IMG/VR virus record: IMGVR_UViG_3300033463_000056 | Span: 30,279-94,278 of that record | Strand: one strand, 5' to 3' | DNA length: 64,000 nucleotides | Source: a virus | Lineage: Duplodnaviria; Caudoviricetes | In this document: positions 57,353 through 64,000 of the stretch, one piece after another | Numbering within the stretch: the stretch's first letter is position 1 | Layout: the number at the start of each line of letters is the position of its first letter | The notes under the pieces: model-generated | What the model was told of the DNA's origin: nothing | Database searches by the model: none | What the model saw: the letters and a program-made list of their open reading frames with translations, nothing else | Position numbers and translations under genes: made by a program

Positions 57353-57679
57353 ATGAACTCAAGATTACAAGATGTTCGCGACAGCGCATTGAATTCAATC
57401 CGCCTGGCTCTGCGGAGCAACAACATTGAACTCATAGAGGCATATGACATTGAACCGGGTTCCAGTCCTATTATTCAGGAAGACCCGTTTGATAATAATA
57501 ACACTTATACTCTGGACAGGATAATTCTTGACGGAGACACAATTTACTTCGACGGAAGTAATGCTGCCCAGAATTGCTCCTGGAACGATGAAAACATTCC
57601 GACTGATGCTTTGCTTGACATTGCCGAGTATCTGGATGATTACGCTGATGAAATCAGAGAATTTGCAAACGAAGAATAA
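57353..57679 (+). CDS. hypothetical acidic protein
   Basis: Start MNSRLQD after attP. Confidence 0.6.
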   Translation: MNSRLQDVRDSALNSIRLALRSNNIELIEAYDIEPGSSPIIQEDPFDNNNTYTLDRIILDGDTIYFDGSNAAQNCSWNDENIPTDALLDIAEYLDDYADEIREFANEE

Positions 57680-57680
57680 T

Positions 57681-57902
57681 ATGGAACGAATAGTAATCAT
57701 TGATCACGACGAACATATACTTTTCATCGAAGACCTTGACGAAGATGGACTCGAGAAGAAATACGGTGGTGAGGAAGAAGAATATATCAAGGACAATTAC
57801 AATCTGGGTAAGAACTGGTCATGGGAATTCATTACAAGAATCGAGTATTATCCCTGCGACTACCAAGACCCAATTGAGCTTGAGCCTAAAGACTTATTAT
57901 GA
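57681..57902 (+). CDS. hypothetical protein
   Basis: Start MERIVIID. Confidence 0.55.
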   Translation: MERIVIIDHDEHILFIEDLDEDGLEKKYGGEEEEYIKDNYNLGKNWSWEFITRIEYYPCDYQDPIELEPKDLL

Positions 57903-58372
57903 ACTACGATCTGACAGATAAACAGCAGAGAAGGAAGTTCGTCAAATACGCGAACAGCCTTCTGAAGAACAAACGCACACTGGTTTCGTTGGAAGACAAG
58001 TCCAACCGCACTCTTTCCCAGAACTGTTACATCCATGTATTGTGCAGGATACTTGCACAGGACACAGGCGTAACGGAGTATTATGCCAAGCAGGTATATT
58101 TCAAGGAGCTGGCAAATGCTGATATCTTCGTTCATCCTACAAAGGATGCACTTACCGGAAAGATGATACGAACTGTTCGTAGCTCGGCTGATTTGTCCAT
58201 CCAGGAAATGGCAAAGGCGATTACGAACTTCAGAAACTGGGCGTCGGAACAGGGATATTATCTTCCAGAGGCTACGCTTAATGACGATGGGACGATGACA
58301 TTCAATGATGAACGAGACAAGGAAGCGTTCCGTCAGGCGGAGATTGAAACAAGCAAAGAAATAGGATTGTAA
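57899..58372 (+). CDS. NinB/Orf-like recombination protein
   Basis: RTLSQN.Y.H...RSSADLS..EM..AI..F..WA. Confidence 0.7.
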   Translation: MNYDLTDKQQRRKFVKYANSLLKNKRTLVSLEDKSNRTLSQNCYIHVLCRILAQDTGVTEYYAKQVYFKELANADIFVHPTKDALTGKMIRTVRSSADLSIQEMAKAITNFRNWASEQGYYLPEATLNDDGTMTFNDERDKEAFRQAEIETSKEIGL

Positions 58373-58692
58373 TGAGTAAAACTAAAAAGCAATTACTGAA
58401 AATTGCAGAAGAGCTTGATTGGAATGTTCGTGATTACGGAGATACCGTTGAGTTTTCTAAGTATTCTGATTACGGACAGGATTACGATTTCTGCATCAAT
58501 TCTCATAACCTTATTGATGAACTCGATTCGTATATAATGGGATTTGATATTTCAGAAGAAGCTTATAAATGGCTTGATGAAACAGGTCACGGAGCGAATG
58601 GCGCACCATATGAGATGATTGATGTTTACAAAGATATGGAGAATTGCAAGGAAATGATGGAAGAGCTTCTTTATGAATGGAAGGGCGAATAA
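58372..58692 (+). CDS. hypothetical protein
   Basis: 106-aa acidic ORF. Confidence 0.6.
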   Translation: MSKTKKQLLKIAEELDWNVRDYGDTVEFSKYSDYGQDYDFCINSHNLIDELDSYIMGFDISEEAYKWLDETGHGANGAPYEMIDVYKDMENCKEMMEELLYEWKGE

Positions 58693-58968
58693 TGAAAAAG
58701 AAACAAAATAAAGGATATCATCACGACATCCTTTATTTCGATCACTAAAGGTTTTTACATGTTTAATGTGCCATTACAAAGATAACGATTAATCCGCATA
58801 AAACAAAAGGAGGATGTCATCACGACGTCCTCCTTTCAAACCTTAAACACCAAATCAATTATGAAGTAAAAACACCATAATAAAGATGGTGTGATTTATT
58901 ACTTAAAATACATCAATAAGATGTTTAGTTGTTTGAAACAATTCATATATTTGCAGAAATCATTTAAT

Positions 58969-59376
58969 ATGAAACGAATTATATTTCTCTTGTTCTTTAT
59001 CATTCCAATATTAGCTTATTCGCAGGAAGATACAATGCAGAAGCGTAAACAAGTTGGAACAAATGTAACGAAGGTAGAAGATCTTTATAAAATAGCCCGT
59101 GACCCATCCGTTACCGGATATAGTCGCGATTTGTCGCACGAAGCAGCGGAAGCTGGCTGGGGAACATCAAAGTGGGACAAGGGGGCATTTGACCCAGAAA
59201 AAGACTTGAAAGAAATGCGTCGCATTGAACGGGAAGATTATTCGGCCAATCAATTTAAGATTGTCGGTATGGTTGTAGGAATAGCAATATTAGTATGTAT
59301 CATCGCCTATTTTGTCAGTAAAAATGAAAAGAAAAAGAAGAACTCCGATTGGAATTCTTCTTCTACTCTTGATTAG
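58969..59376 (+). CDS. exported membrane-anchored protein (moron)
   Basis: Signal peptide MKRIIFLLFFIIPILAYSQ, C-terminal TM plus basic tail; own TATATTTG promoter element. Confidence 0.7.
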   Translation: MKRIIFLLFFIIPILAYSQEDTMQKRKQVGTNVTKVEDLYKIARDPSVTGYSRDLSHEAAEAGWGTSKWDKGAFDPEKDLKEMRRIEREDYSANQFKIVGMVVGIAILVCIIAYFVSKNEKKKKNSDWNSSSTLD

Positions 59377-62300
59377 AACTGCAAGTCATTCTTGTAATAG
59401 TTTATCAGCGGTGTCGGATCGATGACGTGCTGAATCTGCTTGTAGAGCGACAGGATAGGGAGCTCGAAGATAATCTTCTCTGCCTTGGACTTGCCCTTGA
59501 AAGCGCCGGACTTAACTTTACTGGTATATGTTCCGGGCCACAGGAGATAAGGAATACGGAGAAGTCTTCTCATCGGCTCGATAGCCGCAATAGGACTGGA
59601 TAGCGTATTGGTAATCTCCTTGAAAATAAGCGGGGAAGGAGCGACGGAACCCATTTCATTACGCAGGCGGAACATCTGGTAAACAGCCATACTATCAAAC
59701 CATCCGCCGAAGTCTTCCTCATTCTTCTTCTTATCAGGACCGAACTTCGAATGAAGCATCAGGGCGAGGCAGATTCCCATTAGCGTTGAAATTTCAACAA
59801 GGGCACGGGACAGATTCGATTTCTCGTAATCAGTCATCTTGGACTTGTTGAGCTGCATATTTGCGAAAGTCTGTTTTACCCGCTGAATGACATTCATCGC
59901 GACACGGGCGCCTTCTTCATCGGTAAGTGTTTCCCTGAAGGATTCGCCGACCCAGTTCGCAACAGTCCTCCAATAGCCTTCACCTTCCTGACCCGTAAGC
60001 GGGTTGTAACCAGCTTTGCCATATCTACGGACAATAGCCGGATGCATCCATTTACGGTACATCATCACAAGCGAACCGAAAGCGTATTGCTGGATTGCGC
60101 TCTTATCGTCGGAGTTGTATATACCCTGCAAACGGAAGTTCGTTCCGATGACGAGCTTGGCGAATTTTTCCTCCGCCTGCTTGTCGATGGGAGAACCATC
60201 AGCCATCACATATCCGTCCTTGATTTGGAGATAAGCTCCGGTATTATCCGGACCGGAATACTTAACTTCAAAAGCATCCCAGAGGTTTGTGTTCTTCCAA
60301 TTGCCATTGGCATCCTTATACTTCACTCCGGTATTCTTCGCAATGGCCAGAGCCGTAGTAAGGGCAAGGAAGTCTTCACCCATATTCAATCCTGCGAACA
60401 TAAGGTTCGTATTGAATGTTCTGGATGCGCGGCTCTTGGTAAATGACTTGTTTACCTTACCGTTGTTCTGATGAAGATCGTAGCGTTCCGCGAACAGAGA
60501 AAGCTTATCACGAGATTCCAAAGCCCCAGTTTCAAGGATTCGCCTTCCGCTATGCTTCATATATTCCTTCGTAGCCCAAGCGAAATTGGCAGCAGTGAAA
60601 GCGCCCTTACCTGCGGTTTCAACTGCGATGTTCATCATACCGGCTCCGACATTGGAAAGACGCTGTTGCAGGTTGAAGGCCATCTGTGAGTAAGATGCAG
60701 CGGCATTCACCGCATTGGAAACCTTTCGTGCGGATACCCTTGTTCCAAGGAGGCCACCCTCCTGCTTCTCAAGCTTTCCGTACAGATGCATCTGGAAGAA
60801 ATCATCAAGAGCCTTCTGGATGTTCGTGTGCATCTGCTTCTTGGTGAACGGTTCGTCGTAAGACAAATCATCTTCGGTATTCCCGGTCTTGACGCGCTCA
60901 ACGAGTTTTTGCCATCCGGACTTCTGCTGAATTTCGCGGTTCATAGACATATACCGAGCGTTCTCAAGCATTGCGAGGACCTGATTAAGCTCGTCATATT
61001 CATAACCCATCGAAGCATAAGCGATGATTGACATTGCCACATCATCGGTCATATCATCCCAGCTCTCGTTCTTACCCTTACTGACGTACTTGATAGGAAG
61101 ATTATCAATCTTATTTCCCTGGAAGTCAACTTGGACGGAACGCTCTTCCTTATCGGCTTCTTCGGAGTTATCGAGGAAAGCGTTCTTGACGTTTTCGCCG
61201 AAAGCGTCGAGTTTTCCGTGAATTCCATCAGCGCCCTTAATCCTGTCAAAACCGAACTTACGAAGGGCCACAATACGATATTCGCTTTTGATGAGTGCAG
61301 GAGGCAGACAATCGTCGATATCCTGCTTGATAGCAATCATCTCCTTATAGAAATCGTACTGGGGTTTGGAGAGAGTGAGTTTCGCTTTTTCGTTCGAGAT
61401 GTAATCTCCGGTACGATGCATCTTGCCATCTTCGCCCTTCTCCATCTCGAACATGAAGCTCTGGTCCTTCGAACCGGTTTCACGAACGAGCTTATCAAAA
61501 GCAACAACAACACGACGGTGAGCTTCGGCTGCTCTCTGGCGACCATTAATCTTCGCTTTTCTCGTTACATCATCAAAGGCGGCGAGGACATAATCACCGC
61601 AATCAGCGATAGAACTCAGCAGACGGGTAGCAAGACTGATATCACGGTCTCCGTGGCGAGCCATTTCTTCGATGGTCAACACCTTTCCGCGATCCTTACC
61701 AAGGGTACGGGTAATCCCGTGTTCTCCATAGACATTGGCAAGCATCCGTTCGAAGAAACGCATACCGAGGCGTTCGTACTTCGTCATAAACTTATCCATC
61801 TCGTCCTTCACATCTTTCTGGATGGAAGTAAGCTGACCGGAAGGAATGATTTCTCCACTTTCGGTAGCGTCATTGATAAGTTTCATCACGCTGGCGTAGC
61901 TGTACAGCGTGTCGCGGACCTTATTCAGTTCACGGCAGATGGTATTCACCTTGTCTCCGTACATCACCTTGTTATCCAGCGAAGCCTCAGTATCCTTGAG
62001 GAACTGCAAGGAGTTCTTCAGGTAATCGACAAGCGCGGATTCAACCTTATGATTCTTGATTGCGTCTTCGAGAATGGAAATCTGCTTCTCGGTAGCAATC
62101 ATCGCTGCGCTTTTCTGGTCATTATTGATAGGACCGGCACGCTTCTTCAATAGCGCGAGGCGCTTGCTTTCGCGTTTCAGGATATCGTTCAAGAGTCCCT
62201 GTTTCTCATTCAGATTCTTCTGAACTTGAGCGAACGAATCGGAACGGGAAATATTCTCGAGGCTCATATCATCGAGAAGCCTTCCAGACATGATATCTCG

Positions 62301-64000
62301 TGCGAGTTTGGAAGACAGCTGATTGGCATCCATAATCGCATCAAAAACCTGCCAGGAACCAATCCTGCGGAGGAAGTTCTTGATAGCGTCAATGATACGC
62401 TTGATAAGCGGGCGCGTCTCAGGAGTTTCAATTCTCTGTTCACGAAGGAGGGTTTTGGCAAGGAGTTTACCGGCAGCTTCAAGACGAAGTTTCTCTGCGT
62501 CATCCTTATACAGCTCCTTATATTCCTCATACTGGCCTTCGAAGGCTTCCTTCATTGCCCGTTCGTTTCTCTCGAGTTCGTTGAGGAGACGACGAACGAG
62601 TTCGTGATCGTGACCAAGCATCTCCAAGGCAAGGTGAGCGAATTCTTCGGGCAATGCTTCTTCACCCTTGTATCCTTCAGCAAGACGGATAAGTTCACGA
62701 AGTCCGTGAGCATTGATTTGTGTCAGCTTGCTGAAATCCGTAATACCTTGAGCAGCAAGACGGGCATCCGCTTCTGTGAGTGAACCGATTGCAACACCAA
62801 GTCGAGGAAGAATTTCTTCGCGGAGTTTCTTGTTCAACGCGACATAAGCCTTCTGTTCACGGGACTGACGGACCGTATCAGGAGTCCAATTTGCGGTTTT
62901 AGTAACAACGTGTTTGTTACCGTTCTCGTCAATTTCGATTCGGGTAAGATAAAGAAGCTCGCCTTCTTCCGCTTCCATCGGGGTAAACAACGATTTACTC
63001 TGCGTTTCAGCCTGAGGAGTTTCTCCACGGGCGCGACTATTAAGAACGGCATCGATACCACGAGAAGACTCCATAGCGGCTTCCGTAGTAGTAGGCTTCT
63101 GTTCATCTTTCTTCGCAAGTGCGGCGTCATTCTTTTTCGCATTGATTTCAGACTGTGCCGCGTACTGGTCAAAGACATCAGCCCACTCCTTGACTTCCGT
63201 TCCGTAGTGTTTGACGGGTTTCTGATAATCATCCTCGGTAAGAGAATCTGCGATTGCAGCTCTTTCTTCCTCTGTCATCTGGTCTCCGCTGATATCGGAA
63301 GCATCGGAGTTCTTGATGTTCGAAGTGCCAAAATCTCCCCAAGCGGAATCGAGACCAGCCTGATGCGGGATAATATTATTGAAGTCATTATCCGGCTCAT
63401 ACTGGACAGTTACCTGATTGCGCTTTGTCCGGTGTCCAGTCTTCGGAACCTCAACGAGGTCATTCAAAGTCTGATCGTCATTCAGAACAGGATAGAAGAC
63501 TTTCTTCTCGGATTTACCCTTGACCGTGAACATTACATGGTCAGTGATATTTCCGAATTTCTTCTTAGCCTCGGCGTCTTTCTTCTCGTTAAGAAGCTTA
63601 ATCTTCGAATCGAACTTCTTATTCAAGATTTCGCGAATATAGTTCGGAAGCTCATCAACGGTGAATTCACGAACAAGACGCTGGTCGCCCCAGTGATTGG
63701 CGTGAAGCTGTAAGAAGAAGTTCGTCCCGTCCTTTGCAGTGTCCGTAAATTGAGCGTTGTCACGCATCGCATTAAGCGCATCAAGATAACCGGGAACCTG
63801 CTCAAGAACGGTATAAGGAGCGAAGTGTGCGAATTCGTACATTCCGTACCCGAAACCGCTGGTGAAAGCATTATACTTGAACAGATCGATGGCCATCTTT
63901 CGGATTTCTTCGAACGGAGAAACCGACATCATCGCCCAGTCATAGGTAATCTTTTCGCCGAAGTTATCCATCGTGACACCGCCTTTCTGGAAGAACAGGC
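59373..64000 (-). CDS. 3' part of a giant crAss-like virion protein (virion RNA polymerase/ejection protein class); 5'-truncated by the window
   Basis: Frame stays open to position 64000; over 1540 aa; A.DLF.Y...SGF.....F.H..P, LPEEFAH, G.Y...DK....Q...G.LVMMYRKW; catalytic RNAP motif not in the window. Confidence 0.7.
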   Translation of the reverse strand, partial: LFFQKGGVTMDNFGEKITYDWAMMSVSPFEEIRKMAIDLFKYNAFTSGFGYGMYEFAHFAPYTVLEQVPGYLDALNAMRDNAQFTDTAKDGTNFFLQLHANHWGDQRLVREFTVDELPNYIREILNKKFDSKIKLLNEKKDAEAKKKFGNITDHVMFTVKGKSEKKVFYPVLNDDQTLNDLVEVPKTGHRTKRNQVTVQYEPDNDFNNIIPHQAGLDSAWGDFGTSNIKNSDASDISGDQMTEEERAAIADSLTEDDYQKPVKHYGTEVKEWADVFDQYAAQSEINAKKNDAALAKKDEQKPTTTEAAMESSRGIDAVLNSRARGETPQAETQSKSLFTPMEAEEGELLYLTRIEIDENGNKHVVTKTANWTPDTVRQSREQKAYVALNKKLREEILPRLGVAIGSLTEADARLAAQGITDFSKLTQINAHGLRELIRLAEGYKGEEALPEEFAHLALEMLGHDHELVRRLLNELERNERAMKEAFEGQYEEYKELYKDDAEKLRLEAAGKLLAKTLLREQRIETPETRPLIKRIIDAIKNFLRRIGSWQVFDAIMDANQLSSKLARDIMSGRLLDDMSLENISRSDSFAQVQKNLNEKQGLLNDILKRESKRLALLKKRAGPINNDQKSAAMIATEKQISILEDAIKNHKVESALVDYLKNSLQFLKDTEASLDNKVMYGDKVNTICRELNKVRDTLYSYASVMKLINDATESGEIIPSGQLTSIQKDVKDEMDKFMTKYERLGMRFFERMLANVYGEHGITRTLGKDRGKVLTIEEMARHGDRDISLATRLLSSIADCGDYVLAAFDDVTRKAKINGRQRAAEAHRRVVVAFDKLVRETGSKDQSFMFEMEKGEDGKMHRTGDYISNEKAKLTLSKPQYDFYKEMIAIKQDIDDCLPPALIKSEYRIVALRKFGFDRIKGADGIHGKLDAFGENVKNAFLDNSEEADKEERSVQVDFQGNKIDNLPIKYVSKGKNESWDDMTDDVAMSIIAYASMGYEYDELNQVLAMLENARYMSMNREIQQKSGWQKLVERVKTGNTEDDLSYDEPFTKKQMHTNIQKALDDFFQMHLYGKLEKQEGGLLGTRVSARKVSNAVNAAASYSQMAFNLQQRLSNVGAGMMNIAVETAGKGAFTAANFAWATKEYMKHSGRRILETGALESRDKLSLFAERYDLHQNNGKVNKSFTKSRASRTFNTNLMFAGLNMGEDFLALTTALAIAKNTGVKYKDANGNWKNTNLWDAFEVKYSGPDNTGAYLQIKDGYVMADGSPIDKQAEEKFAKLVIGTNFRLQGIYNSDDKSAIQQYAFGSLVMMYRKWMHPAIVRRYGKAGYNPLTGQEGEGYWRTVANWVGESFRETLTDEEGARVAMNVIQRVKQTFANMQLNKSKMTDYEKSNLSRALVEISTLMGICLALMLHSKFGPDKKKNEEDFGGWFDSMAVYQMFRLRNEMGSVAPSPLIFKEITNTLSSPIAAIEPMRRLLRIPYLLWPGTYTSKVKSGAFKGKSKAEKIIFELPILSLYKQIQHVIDPTPLINYYKNDLQF

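Noticed and set aside
1-64000. Stop-codon reassignment (TAG or TGA), common in crAss-like phages
   Set aside because: Long genes are intact in code 11, and TAG and TGA both end genes cleanly before terminators or next starts (e.g. 34059, 36216, 38714).

Overview
A 64-kb segment of a crAss-like (Crassvirales-type) Bacteroidales phage in the standard genetic code. The minus-strand structural block (1-33.2 kb) holds a scaffold-like gene, lysis genes, a collagen tail fibre, portal, large terminase, GroES-like and HU-like genes, an antisense double NUMOD4-HNH endonuclease, two tandem receptor-binding modules and a large lysozyme/peptidase cargo protein. The plus-strand early/replication block (33.6-59.4 kb) holds a putative initiator, DnaB, AAA_24 ATPase, SF2 helicase, SSB, primase, MoxR/VWA and an exonuclease, with no recognisable DNA polymerase. 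The window ends in the 3' part of a giant virion RNAP-type gene. Main findings: (1) a candidate micro-cassette system of seven related 28-bp sites (10-bp arms, 8-bp asymmetric spacer, best copy TCAATCAATT-TCGGCCCT-AATTGAATGA), spaced about 195-220 bp apart, each interval holding one tiny ORF, at two loci that both follow tail-module gene ends; (2) a tyrosine integrase with an intact tRNA-Ala attP and a palindromic operator AACATTTTTGTT on four host-type promoters, suggesting a temperate crAss-like phage; (3) a pseudoknotted hammerhead ribozyme, a long hairpin RNA and a tRNA-like element around one coiled-coil gene; (4) a readable insertion of a second tail-fibre module that splits a BACON-like gene. 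All calls are by eye from the sequence; no database searches were run.
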